Positions 25,586 to 34,139 are shown, numbered from the stretch's first letter. The stretch: DNA of 34,139 bases from an uncultured Thermotogae bacterium (GCA_964513485.1 CAZENJ010000007.1:1-34139), one strand, 5' to 3'. The notes: generated from the letters alone by a model not told the origin. Made by a program: numbers and translations.

Positions 25586-26437
25586 ATGGAAATCGTAAAA
25601 GCCGATCTATTTGGTTTCTGTTTTGGCGTCAGGCGCGCCGTGGATATCGTCGAGGAAAAGCTGGAAGAGCGGGAAAAGATCGACACGCTCGGCCCGATAG
25701 TTCATAACCCCAACGTGGTTGAGGACCTTTCCGAGAAGGGGGCGGAAGTCGTTAATTCCCTCGACAACGTGGACACGGATTCAGTCATCATTACCGCCCA
25801 CGGTGCCGGCCGAGACATTCACGAGGAGATAGAATCCAAGGGCCTTAACTTGATCGATACTACCTGTCCGATCGTAAAGAAGGCCCAGGAAACCGCCGAG
25901 GACCTCGTACATAAGGGTTATCAGGTAGTGATCTACGGCGAAAACGACCATACGGAGGTCAGAAACATTCTTGGCTGGCTCGACGGGAAGGGAGTGGCGA
26001 TTCTGGATCCGGCCAAGGAGATACCGATAGAGGAAGGTCGAGTCGCGCTGCTGTCGCAGACCACGAAGGGCAAGAAGTATTTCTTTGATTTCGCGGGGGA
26101 GTTCCTCCGGGAGAACAAGGATAAGCTGGAGGACGTCAAGATCGTCGACACGACCTGCGGGGAAACCAGGCGCAGGTACGAAGCGGCCGAGAGGCTGGCG
26201 GAGCAGGTCGACCTGATTCTGGTTGTCGGGGGAAAGAACTCGGCAAACACCCGCAAGCTCGCGGAAGTGGCGGGAAATACGGGAATAGAGACGCACCACA
26301 TAAAGGACGAATCGGAGATAGAACCGACCTGGGTTGAGGGAGTGGAGAGAGTGGGTATAACTGCAGGCGCCTCCACGCCTCAATCCGCGGTATCGTCGGT
26401 GGAGGAAACGTTAATGGAGTTGAACAAATCATCGTAA
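25586..26437 (+). CDS. ispH: 4-hydroxy-3-methylbut-2-enyl diphosphate reductase (MEP pathway)
   Basis: GFCFGVRRAV, GPIVHNP, ITAHG, DTTCPIV, SQTT, DTTCGET, VVGGKNSANT and GITAGASTP blocks are classic IspH/LytB. Confidence 0.95.
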   Translation: MEIVKADLFGFCFGVRRAVDIVEEKLEEREKIDTLGPIVHNPNVVEDLSEKGAEVVNSLDNVDTDSVIITAHGAGRDIHEEIESKGLNLIDTTCPIVKKAQETAEDLVHKGYQVVIYGENDHTEVRNILGWLDGKGVAILDPAKEIPIEEGRVALLSQTTKGKKYFFDFAGEFLRENKDKLEDVKIVDTTCGETRRRYEAAERLAEQVDLILVVGGKNSANTRKLAEVAGNTGIETHHIKDESEIEPTWVEGVERVGITAGASTPQSAVSSVEETLMELNKSS

Positions 26438-26455
26438 CCAAAGGAGGTTAAGAGG

Positions 26456-26905
26456 ATGTTGACCTCAACGTCTACTGAAATATTGAAGGTGCAGACAACA
26501 AAGGCCCCGGAATTCATCGATATCACGGACGAGGTAACTCAGTTTGTCGAAGACAGGGAGGTCGAATCGGGCGCGCTGGTGATTTTCAGTCGTCACACCA
26601 CGGCGGCGATCCGGATAAACGAAAACGAATCCCTGTTGAAAAAGGACATGGCGGACTTTCTCCAGAAGGTCGCGCCGTCGGAGGACTACTATCGCCACAA
26701 CGACTTCTCGATTCGGACCGAAAACATGACCCCGAACGAGGTGCCGAACGGACACGCGCACTGTCAGTCCCTCGGCCTCGGGGCCAGCGAAACGGTACCG
26801 ATCATCGAGAGCGAGCTGAAGCTGGGGAAATGGCAGAGGGTATTTTTGATCGAGCTGGATCATTCGAGAGAAAGGGAGGTTATCCTTCAGGTTCTCGGTG
26901 GCTGA
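26456..26905 (+). CDS. yjbQ: YjbQ/UPF0047 family protein (annotated elsewhere as secondary thiamine-phosphate synthase)
   Basis: 149 aa. SRHTTAAIRINENE and NGHAHCQS motifs with C-terminal GxWQ.V.L.ELD, typical of UPF0047. RBS AAAGGAGG. Confidence 0.85.
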   Translation: MLTSTSTEILKVQTTKAPEFIDITDEVTQFVEDREVESGALVIFSRHTTAAIRINENESLLKKDMADFLQKVAPSEDYYRHNDFSIRTENMTPNEVPNGHAHCQSLGLGASETVPIIESELKLGKWQRVFLIELDHSREREVILQVLGG

Positions 26906-26963
26906 ACTGGCAGGGCAGTTGCAATAGGGCGAACGGCTGGCTTATATTTTTCACCGGCAATTT

Positions 26964-27872
26964 ATGGTTAAGTTAAAAGAAGTGAGTCCGGAATTATATC
27001 GGCAGGAGTTTTCGCTGGATTCGGCCTACGAGCTCTGTCGGGAGATAGGGACCGAACACTACGAGAACTTCACCGTGGTCAGTCGGATGACCCCCGCTGA
27101 CAAGCGGAAGTATATTTACGCCCTCTATGCCTATAGCCGATACACTGACGATCTGGGAGACGAGCTGGAGGACGGTAACCTGGAGGCCCTCGATCTCTGG
27201 CAGGAGGAGCTGGAGGCCGCCTTCCGGGGGAAGGAGCCGGAAAACCCGATACTGCTCGCCCTGAGAGATACGGCGACCCGGCACTCGCTCTCCGAGAAAC
27301 CATTCAAGAAATTGATCGAGGCGAACCGGATGGACCAGCGACAGAAGTCGTACCGGACTTACGAGGATCTGCTGGAATACTGTGACCACTCGGCGAACCC
27401 GGTGGGGAGGATTTTTCTCGCCATTTTCGGCTACGGCGACGAGAAGCGTCGGGAGCTTTCCGATAAAACGTGTACCGGGCTCCAGTTGACCAATTTCTGG
27501 CAGGACGTCGATCGGGACGAAAAGATGGGCCGGGTCTACATCCCGGAAGAGGATATGGAGCGGTTTAATTACTCGAGAGACCTGCTTGAGGACAGGATAT
27601 ACAACGAGGACTTCGTCGAGCTGATGAAGTTCGAGGTGGAGCGGGCCCGGAACTTGCTGCAGGAGGGGCTGGAACTTGTACCTCTGCTGGATAATCGGTT
27701 AAAGATGGACGTGCGCCTGTTCAATCAGGGCGGTTTGCGGATCCTGGATAAGATCGAGGAAGAGGATTACAACGTCCTGCACAAGAGGCCGACCCTGTCC
27801 GGCGGAGAAAAGGTCTGGTTGTTTTTTTCGAATCTGGTAAAGCGTCCCGTCCGGAGGTTCGTCGATGGCTGA
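26964..27872 (+). CDS. hpnC: Hydroxysqualene synthase (squalene/phytoene synthase fold)
   Basis: YENFTVVS..., YAYSRYTDDLGDE (first Asp-rich motif), NFWQDVDRD (second). First of two tandem SQS/PSY paralogues followed by an FAD oxidase, the hpnC-hpnD-hpnE order. Confidence 0.8.
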   Translation: MVKLKEVSPELYRQEFSLDSAYELCREIGTEHYENFTVVSRMTPADKRKYIYALYAYSRYTDDLGDELEDGNLEALDLWQEELEAAFRGKEPENPILLALRDTATRHSLSEKPFKKLIEANRMDQRQKSYRTYEDLLEYCDHSANPVGRIFLAIFGYGDEKRRELSDKTCTGLQLTNFWQDVDRDEKMGRVYIPEEDMERFNYSRDLLEDRIYNEDFVELMKFEVERARNLLQEGLELVPLLDNRLKMDVRLFNQGGLRILDKIEEEDYNVLHKRPTLSGGEKVWLFFSNLVKRPVRRFVDG

Positions 27873-28743
27873 AAGACCTGAGGGGGTTGTAAAAGAGGAT
27901 GAGAGCCCGAGTCAGTACTGTAAAAGAATTACGAAAGAGCGGGCAAAGAACTTTTACTGGGCAATTGTAACTCTGCCCCGGGAGAAGCGTTCGGCGGTAT
28001 ACTCGATCTATACGTTCGCCCGGCGCTGTGACGATATCGCCGATAGTTCCTGGGAACTCGAGAAAAAGCAGGCTCATCTGAGCCGGGAGAGGGAAAAGCT
28101 GGAGGACCTCTACGCGGGAAAGCCCGACGGGAAACTTTACGAAGCCCTGGGGGAAACCGTCGACGAGTACGGGATCCCGCGCACTTACTTCGACCAGCTA
28201 ATTCGGGGTGTCGAGATGGACCTGACCAGGGACCGTTATGCTACCTTCAAGGACCTCAAAGTCTACTGTTTTCGAGTCGCTTCGGTCGTCGGACTGGCGC
28301 TGATCGAAATATTTGGTTACTCCGACGACGAGGCCAAGAAGTACGCGATTGATTTCGGTCTCGGGATGCAGCTGACGAATATCATCCGGGACGTGGCAGA
28401 GGATTACGAACGGGGAAGGATCTACATCCCGGAGGAGGAGCGGGATAAGTTCGGCTGTGATTTTTCCGAGGTGGATTCTAACGGGATAACGGAGGAGTTC
28501 CGGGAACTGATGGACTACGAGGCCTCGCGGGCCCGGGAGTATTTCGAAAGGGGCAAGCAGCTTTTCACGTACCTTTCGCCGAGAACTCGTGCCTGTCCGG
28601 CCGGACTCTACGGTGTTTACAGCAACTTGCTCCGAAAGATGGAAAAGTCCGGCTGGGACGTCTGGGACGAGAGGACAAGTCTGAGTACGGTAAAGAAGGT
28701 TAGTTCAGTACTGGGTCAATGGTTCGTCAGCCTGAATCGATAG
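27865..28743 (+). CDS. hpnD: Presqualene diphosphate synthase (squalene/phytoene synthase fold)
   Basis: NFYWAIVTLPREKRSAVYSIYTFARRCDDIAD and LTNIIRDVAEDYERGRIYIP. Overlaps the hpnC stop (ATGGCTGA). Confidence 0.8.
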   Translation: MAERPEGVVKEDESPSQYCKRITKERAKNFYWAIVTLPREKRSAVYSIYTFARRCDDIADSSWELEKKQAHLSREREKLEDLYAGKPDGKLYEALGETVDEYGIPRTYFDQLIRGVEMDLTRDRYATFKDLKVYCFRVASVVGLALIEIFGYSDDEAKKYAIDFGLGMQLTNIIRDVAEDYERGRIYIPEEERDKFGCDFSEVDSNGITEEFRELMDYEASRAREYFERGKQLFTYLSPRTRACPAGLYGVYSNLLRKMEKSGWDVWDERTSLSTVKKVSSVLGQWFVSLNR

Positions 28744-30053
28744 TAATTATCGGCGGTGGCCTTGCCGGGCTAGCCGCCGGGACACGGATACTTGCCGGAG
28801 GTTACGACGGGAAATTAATCCTGCTGGAAAAATCGCCGACGCTCGGTGGCCGGACGGGCTCGATAGACTACCGCGGCAAGAAGCTCGACCTGGGACAGCA
28901 CATGCACGTCTCCGGCTTCGACTTCTATCGGAAGTTCATCACGCAAATCGGCCTGGACGATAAACTGCGGACGCAGTCCCGCCTGGACGTGGAGTTCAGG
29001 GATAACGACGGGTTGACCGGCAGAGTCGAGAGCAACGGGTTGCCGCCACCCTTTCACCTTCTTTCCGCCCTTTACAGGTTTCCCTTTATTACTCTTCCCG
29101 ACAAGTTAAGGCTGGCGGGACCGATGATTCCGGCCCTGCTCTTTGATTACGAGGATAATTCGAGAGACCTCTCGTTCGGTGAATGGCTAAGAAAAAAGGG
29201 GGCGAGCGAGAGGTCGATCGATAAACTCTGGAACCAGATCATCGTCCCCACGTTGAACGCTCCGGTTGACGAAGTCAGCCTTCGGATGGGCATGATGATC
29301 CTCAAGCGCGTCCTGCTCGACAGGCAGGGCGGTCGGCTGGGCAGGTTGGATGCCCCGATGGGGACGATCGGCGAGGCGGCGGCCAGTTTCATCGCAGACC
29401 GGGGAGGCGAGGTGAGGACCGCCAGCCCGGTCGAGGAAATTCGCCTCGAGGCAGAGGGCGAGCACCTGGTCCGGCTCGCCGACGGCTCGACCGTGAAAGC
29501 CGGGGCAGTACTTTCGGCCGTTCCCGGCCACGGTCTGAAGAACCTGCTGTCCGATTCCGCCCTGGAGCGGTTTTCCCGGCCCTTCTGGCGTCTCGACTGG
29601 AACTCGATCGTAAATATCCACATGATGTTCGCGGAAAGCGTGATGGAGGAGGAGTTTTTCGGTTACCTGGAAGGAACTGCCGGCTGGGTTTTTAACGTGA
29701 GTTATAACGGGGAAGGAGCGGGAAAACACATTTGTCTGACCGTTTCCGATCCCGGCGAACTAGAGGAGATGGAGCCGGAAGAACTGGTGGAGCGGGTCCG
29801 GCGGGATCTCGCTTCGCCGCTGCCGGAGATCGCCTCGGCCTCGCTGAAGGATTCCGTCGTCCTCTACCAGCCCAGGGCGACGTTCAAGGTTTCGCCCGGC
29901 AGTGCTTCCCTGCGGCCGCCGCAGAATCCCGTTCACGAGAGGTTCTTTCTTGCCGGCGACTGGACGGATACCGGCTGGCCTTCGACCATGGAAGGAGCTA
30001 CCCGGAGCGGTTACCGCGCCGCGGCAGAGGTGCTGGACAGCATCTCGGACTGA
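28719..30053 (+). CDS. hpnE: Hydroxysqualene dehydroxylase (FAD-dependent amine-oxidase fold)
   Basis: IVIIGGGLAGLAAG dinucleotide-binding motif and C-terminal FLAGDWTDTGWPSTMEGATRSG. Overlaps the hpnD end by 25 nt. Confidence 0.8.
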   Translation: MVRQPESIVIIGGGLAGLAAGTRILAGGYDGKLILLEKSPTLGGRTGSIDYRGKKLDLGQHMHVSGFDFYRKFITQIGLDDKLRTQSRLDVEFRDNDGLTGRVESNGLPPPFHLLSALYRFPFITLPDKLRLAGPMIPALLFDYEDNSRDLSFGEWLRKKGASERSIDKLWNQIIVPTLNAPVDEVSLRMGMMILKRVLLDRQGGRLGRLDAPMGTIGEAAASFIADRGGEVRTASPVEEIRLEAEGEHLVRLADGSTVKAGAVLSAVPGHGLKNLLSDSALERFSRPFWRLDWNSIVNIHMMFAESVMEEEFFGYLEGTAGWVFNVSYNGEGAGKHICLTVSDPGELEEMEPEELVERVRRDLASPLPEIASASLKDSVVLYQPRATFKVSPGSASLRPPQNPVHERFFLAGDWTDTGWPSTMEGATRSGYRAAAEVLDSISD

Positions 30054-30104
30054 GACCGGGCCGGGATCGTTGAAATAGAAATTTTATGAGCTATAATCCT
30101 CACG

Positions 30105-30593
30105 GTGTTTACCTTGAAACAGTTTCATAACCCAACTAAAGGCAGATTGACTTTTGAAGGAGTCGTCGACGAGATAGTCGGCATGATGGAAAAGGACCAG
30201 CGGTCGGAGTTCGAAGTGGTCGTCGGTACCGATTCCCATGCCTCGTCGGGCGATCACGAGATAGACTTCGTCAGCGCGATAGTGATTCACCGTGTGGGCA
30301 AGGGTGGCCGGTACTTCTGGAAGCGGGAGACGGAGGAAGGGATCTACACGCTGAGGGACAAGATTTACAAGGAAGCCTTCCTTTCGTTCGACCTGGGCAA
30401 GGAACTTATGCAGCGGCTGGAAGAAGTTACGTTGCTCGATTACAACCTGGAAATTCACGTGGACGTCGGTCAGAGAGGAAAGACAAAAGAAATTATCGAC
30501 GAAGTCGTCGGCATGATTATCGGTAGCGGCTTCGACGTCAGGACCAAGCCCGATTCTTACGGGGCGTCGACCGTGGCGGACAAGTACGCCTGA
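30105..30593 (+). CDS. DUF458 / YkuK-like RNase H-fold protein
   Basis: 162 aa. VVVGTDSH...IDFVSAIVIHRVGKGGRYFW...LEIHVDVG pattern matches the YkuK family as I remember it. GTG start. 51 nt after hpnE. Confidence 0.55.
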   Translation: MFTLKQFHNPTKGRLTFEGVVDEIVGMMEKDQRSEFEVVVGTDSHASSGDHEIDFVSAIVIHRVGKGGRYFWKRETEEGIYTLRDKIYKEAFLSFDLGKELMQRLEEVTLLDYNLEIHVDVGQRGKTKEIIDEVVGMIIGSGFDVRTKPDSYGASTVADKYA

Positions 30594-30598
30594 GCCGG

Positions 30599-31471
30599 CT
30601 ATTTGTTAAGTTCGTCGTATACTTCGTTTCTGGAAAGTCCCCGCAGCTCGGCCAGCTCCTTCATCGCTTCTTTTCTCGATAACCCTTTTAGTTTCTTCAA
30701 ACCTTCGTACTGCTGTTCGAGCGGTACATCCTTGAACTCTTCTCGTTTTGCCGCCGCGATCTCCTCGTCGGTGGCGCCGCGGATCGCGAGCGTGAACTCG
30801 CCTCTTATTTCTTCTTCCCGCAGTCCTTTCCTGACCTCCTCCGGTTTTCCCCTCCGGGTGGACTCGAATTTCTTCGTCAGCTCGCGGCAGAGCGTCATCG
30901 ACCTTTCCGGCAGCGTAACCGCCAGGATTTCCAGCGTCTTTTCTATCCGGTGGGGAGAGTCGTAGAGGAGCGTCGTTTCCTTTCTGGTCCGCAATTTCTC
31001 GAAGTATTTCCGCTTTTTCCCGGATTTCTTCGGGACCTGTCCGTCGAAGACGAAGCTATCGCTCGGCTGGCCGGAGATAGACAGGCAGGTGATGGCAGCA
31101 GTCGGCCCCGGAATTCCGACGACCTTCAGCCCCCTCTCCCTGGCTTCCCGGACCAGCTTGAAGCCCGGGTCCGAGACGAGCGGCGTCCCCGCGTCGCTTA
31201 TCAGGGCCAGGTCCGTCCCCTCCCGGAGCTTGGCTATCAGCTCTTCCCGGCGCTCCTCTCCCGCCCCCTGATAGTAACTCAGGGTGAACGGGGTATCTAT
31301 ATCGTAGTGCTCGAGCAGCCGACGGGAGTGGCGGGAATCCTCCGCGACTATCGCGTCGACCCCCCGCAGGGTCTCGACGGCCCGGTAGGTAATGTCCTTC
31401 AGGTTGCCGATCGGCGTGGCGACGACGAACAGCGTGCCAGCCTCGGTCTTTTCTCCCTTCTTTGAGGTCAT
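30599..31471 (-). CDS. rsmI: 16S rRNA (cytidine1402-2'-O)-methyltransferase
   Basis: GTLFVVATPIGNLKDITYRAVETLRGVDAIVAEDSRHSRRLL and ISDAGTPLVSDPG are RsmI hallmarks. ATG at 31471 gives an E. coli-like N-terminal length. An in-frame GTG at 31501 is the alternative start. Confidence 0.9.
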   Translation of the reverse strand: MTSKKGEKTEAGTLFVVATPIGNLKDITYRAVETLRGVDAIVAEDSRHSRRLLEHYDIDTPFTLSYYQGAGEERREELIAKLREGTDLALISDAGTPLVSDPGFKLVREARERGLKVVGIPGPTAAITCLSISGQPSDSFVFDGQVPKKSGKKRKYFEKLRTRKETTLLYDSPHRIEKTLEILAVTLPERSMTLCRELTKKFESTRRGKPEEVRKGLREEEIRGEFTLAIRGATDEEIAAAKREEFKDVPLEQQYEGLKKLKGLSRKEAMKELAELRGLSRNEVYDELNK

Positions 31472-31513
31472 GGAAAGTTCCCGGTGATTAATTGGCGCCA
31501 CTTTGTGGATTTA

Positions 31514-32212
31514 TCAGATAACTCCGCCCGCAGCCAGCAGTTTGAGCCAGTTCGGTCCGATAACGAAGGTCCATATCTTCTGGATAAACCAGAAAAATGC
31601 GTCCCCGCCCAGCCAGAGTACGGCCAGGATTATCAGGAAGCCGTACTGTTCCATCTGGGCCATGATCTGTTTCCCCCGGGGGGAGAGGAAGTAGCTGAGT
31701 ATTCGCGAACCGTCCAGAGGCGGCATCGGGATCAGGTTGAACAGTCCCAGAATTATGTTGATTATTACGAAAACTCCGAGGAAGTAGATCAGCGTCCAGA
31801 AGCCGTTCTTGGCGAACTGAAAGAGAAAGCCGCCGTTGCGCCCCAGAAAATAGCTGATGTACAGCGGCACTACCAGGTGGCCGAGGGCCGCGGCCAGCGA
31901 CATCATCATGATATTGCTCAGCGGTCCCGCCGCTCCGACCTGGAGCATGCCCCTTTCGGAATCCTTAAAATAGCGCGGGTCGATCGGTACCGGCTTGGCC
32001 CAGCCGAAGATGAACAGGCCTCCGCCAAATATCAGGTACATCAGGATCAAGCCCAGCGGGACTAGGACCGTTCCCACCGGATCCACGTGCGGCAGCGGGT
32101 TCAGCGTCAACCTGCCCGCCTTTTTTGCCGTGGGGTCGCCGAGCTTCCAGGCGACGTAACCGTGTGAATACTCGTGGACGATTGCTGCCGTGAACAGAGC
32201 CATCAACATCAA
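31514..32212 (-). CDS. Site-2 protease family (M50) membrane zinc metalloprotease
   Basis: HEYSHG (HExxH) in the first TM helix, later NLIPMPPLDGSRIL (NxxPxxxLDG). About 6 TM. Apparent TTG start. Confidence 0.8.
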   Translation of the reverse strand: MMLMALFTAAIVHEYSHGYVAWKLGDPTAKKAGRLTLNPLPHVDPVGTVLVPLGLILMYLIFGGGLFIFGWAKPVPIDPRYFKDSERGMLQVGAAGPLSNIMMMSLAAALGHLVVPLYISYFLGRNGGFLFQFAKNGFWTLIYFLGVFVIINIILGLFNLIPMPPLDGSRILSYFLSPRGKQIMAQMEQYGFLIILAVLWLGGDAFFWFIQKIWTFVIGPNWLKLLAAGGVI

Positions 32213-32243
32213 AACCAGTTCGACTATCGTGCTGCCTATGGTA

Positions 32244-33947
32244 TCACCTCTGTGGAGTGACGGTTAGTGTCTTCTCGTTGGTAATCTGAACCAAACCGGG
32301 CTTCGCGCCTTTCGGTTTGTCGACGTATTTCACCTGAGTATAACTGACCGTAGCCTTTTCCGCACCACGGGCCCTGGAGTTCGCCGCGGCGAGCCGGGCC
32401 GCCTTTACTATAACTTCCTCCGGTACCTGATCCGGTCTGCCGTCAGTGACGATGACCACGTGGGCCCCGGAATAGTTTCGGATGTGGAACCAGAGATCGT
32501 CCCGCGAGGCCTGCCGCACCAGGTTGTCGTTCTGCCGGGCGTTCCGGCCGACGAGGATCTTGTATCCCTTGACCCAGTACTCCTTCGGGCCGCCGCTCTC
32601 GCCGTCACCGCCGTACTCTTCCTCCGTATCTATGTAGCCTTTCTCCTTTAGCTTGCCCTCGAGCCGGGCGAGTTCTTCCGGAGACTCCGCCGCCTTGAAC
32701 TCCTGTTGCAGCTTTTTCAGGTATTTTTTCTCCTTTTTCAGCCCCTTCTTTCGTCTTTCCAGCTTTTCCTTGCCCCGCTTTAATTTCTTGTACCTCTCGT
32801 AGTACTTTTCGGCATTCTCCTCCGGGCTGAGCGACGGGTCGAGTTTGACCTTCCTCCGTTCGCCCTGATGGTAGGGATCGTCTATCTCCGCCTCTTTCAT
32901 ACCTTTTTCCAGCTCTCCCAGGTTGGCCAGGATGATATCTCCGGTCTCTTTCAGCTTTTCCCTGTTCTCGGACTGCTGGAGCTGTTCCCTTACGTTTTTT
33001 AACGCCCCCTCCACCCGGCCGAGCTCGTCCTCTATCGTCTCTCCTATTTCGGCGCGCAGGTCTTCCGTCTCGAAGCCGGCTTCTTTTGCCTTGTAATAGT
33101 GGTCGAGCGCCAGGCTCAGGCTATCGAAGGATATCTCCTTGCTGTCGGCGTAGCTTTCGAGCCGGATCGGGCTGAACTCGATCGGATTTCCGTCCTCCTG
33201 GTAGACCAGGGCGGAATAGTCCCCGGCGTCGATTCTTTTCAGCCGGGCGAAGAATTCCTCGGCCGCCTCCCAGAGGGCGCTGAGGTCGGCCTCCGACAAC
33301 TCCTTTTGTCCGGTCGGAATTCCGGCCCGGACCGAGATTTCTTTCGCGAGGGTCGGACCTATGCCCTGAATGTTGTGCAGGAGATTCCTCCAGACGGGCT
33401 CCTCCGCTCCGCAGAAATCGTGGAACTCCGCTCTGGTTAGATCGAACGGGTTCAGCTTGTCCTGCGCCGGCGGGAATTCGTACTCGCTTCCCGGAGAGAC
33501 GGAGCGTTTTCTGCTTTTCCTGTTCCTCAGGGTCTCCAGGATCTGTCCGTCCCGGACCAGAAATAGGTTGCTGTTGCGGCCCATTAACTCGACGTACAGC
33601 TCCTTTGTCTCGATCTCGTCCGTGTCCTCGTCCTTTACCCCGACGGAGAGCCTCAGCACCCTGTCCAGACCGCGCTGGGTGATCCGCGTTATCTTGCCGC
33701 CCGAAAGGTGTTTGCGAAGGAGCATCGTGAAGGGCGGCGGCGTCTGGGGGTTCTCGAAGTCGAGCTCCGTTAGCTGGACCCGGAAGTTGTCCCCGCAGGA
33801 GATCAGCAACGTGTAATCCTCGCCGTTCCAGACGTTTATCGTAACCAGTTCCGGGCGAGGCTGATAAATCTTGCGAATCCAGCCTCCGGTCAGAGCTTCC
33901 TGTAATTCTCGTTTTATTCCGTGAAGCGTAATTCCGTCTAACGCCAT
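32244..33947 (-). CDS. rqcH: Ribosome quality-control protein RqcH (NFACT / FbpA N-terminal domain + coiled coil + DUF814)
   Basis: 567 aa. MALDGITLHGIKREL... NFACT-N start, central Lys/Glu coiled coil, C-terminal DLWFHIRNYSGAHVVI (DUF814/NFACT-R). Confidence 0.85.
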   Translation of the reverse strand: MALDGITLHGIKRELQEALTGGWIRKIYQPRPELVTINVWNGEDYTLLISCGDNFRVQLTELDFENPQTPPPFTMLLRKHLSGGKITRITQRGLDRVLRLSVGVKDEDTDEIETKELYVELMGRNSNLFLVRDGQILETLRNRKSRKRSVSPGSEYEFPPAQDKLNPFDLTRAEFHDFCGAEEPVWRNLLHNIQGIGPTLAKEISVRAGIPTGQKELSEADLSALWEAAEEFFARLKRIDAGDYSALVYQEDGNPIEFSPIRLESYADSKEISFDSLSLALDHYYKAKEAGFETEDLRAEIGETIEDELGRVEGALKNVREQLQQSENREKLKETGDIILANLGELEKGMKEAEIDDPYHQGERRKVKLDPSLSPEENAEKYYERYKKLKRGKEKLERRKKGLKKEKKYLKKLQQEFKAAESPEELARLEGKLKEKGYIDTEEEYGGDGESGGPKEYWVKGYKILVGRNARQNDNLVRQASRDDLWFHIRNYSGAHVVIVTDGRPDQVPEEVIVKAARLAAANSRARGAEKATVSYTQVKYVDKPKGAKPGLVQITNEKTLTVTPQR

Positions 33948-34030
33948 ATTGGTTTAAATATTCCTTTGTTCTCCATAAGAGTTGATGGATTTTGCTCCTG
34001 GTTGTACCGGCAGCCCGCCGGTTGTGACCG

Positions 34031-34139
34031 CTAGATGTCCAGGTTGGTTATCTGGCTGCTGTTTTCCTTGATGAAATTCTTCCGTGCCTGGACGTCGCTG
34101 CCCATCAGCGTGCTGAATAGCTCGTCGGCCTCCAGGGCG
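34031..34139 (-). CDS. gyrB: DNA gyrase subunit B, extreme C-terminus (35 aa; the rest lies outside the window)
   Basis: My manual reverse translation gives ...ALEADELFSTLMGSDVQARKNFIKENSSQITNLDI*, matching the conserved GyrB tail (...LMGD.VEPRR.FIEENA..V.NLDI). The ParE tail differs. Confidence 0.8.
   Translation of the reverse strand, partial: ALEADELFSTLMGSDVQARKNFIKENSSQITNLDI

Noticed and set aside
1-34139. Mobile elements, CRISPR arrays, tRNA/rRNA genes, or a toxin-antitoxin/restriction/defence island.
   Set aside because: No repeat-spacer periodicity, terminal inverted repeats, or integrase, transposase, nuclease or helicase ORFs were seen. Every ORF over 100 aa that I accept has a metabolic, envelope, regulatory or housekeeping family signature. 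A tRNA or sRNA scan by software is still advisable for the gaps at 13976-14534 and 16110-16363.

Overview
Densely packed bacterial chromosomal window with 33 protein-coding genes (two cut by the window edges). I found no rRNA, tRNA, CRISPR array, transposase, integrase or phage gene. All calls rest on reading the ORF translations for family motifs; no database search was run.

Left to right:
- Histidine-utilisation genes: hutU, then hutI and a glutamate formimidoyltransferase on the opposite strand, plus a co-oriented PP-loop ATPase.
- An Eis-type GNAT, an anaerobic-sulfatase-maturase-type radical SAM/SPASM enzyme with no sulfatase nearby, threonine synthase and a tungsten-type aldehyde:ferredoxin oxidoreductase.
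- A secreted 308-aa protein with 28 cysteines, mostly as vicinal CC pairs. I cannot place it in any family.
- An insertion-bearing transaldolase/FSA and a glycerate 2-kinase.
- A 550-bp structured non-coding gap, followed by a secreted MBL-fold protein, a DUF364 protein and an MFS transporter.
- An HPP membrane protein.
- A roughly 12-kb same-strand gene string: Mth938-like protein, a multi-TM HisKA_3 histidine kinase, a NarL-type regulator, polyprenyl synthase, hpnH, hpnG, hpnA, ispG, ispH, yjbQ, hpnC, hpnD, hpnE and a DUF458 protein.
- Housekeeping genes on the minus strand: rsmI, an M50 protease, rqcH and the 3' end of gyrB.

The content (gyrB, rsmI, rqcH, MEP pathway, hopanoid genes, W-AOR, formimidoyltransferase) points to an anaerobic bacterium, but I cannot name the lineage.

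The most unusual items:
1. The hyper-cysteine secreted tandem-domain protein.
2. A DesK-like intramembrane-sensing two-component system whose regulator is translationally coupled to a hopanoid/squalene/MEP operon. That operon lacks the squalene-hopene cyclase in its usual slot.
3. The long structured leader in front of the MBL/DUF364/MFS module.

I see no defence-island or mobile-element signature, so the novelty claims are hypotheses about these loci, not a demonstrated new system.
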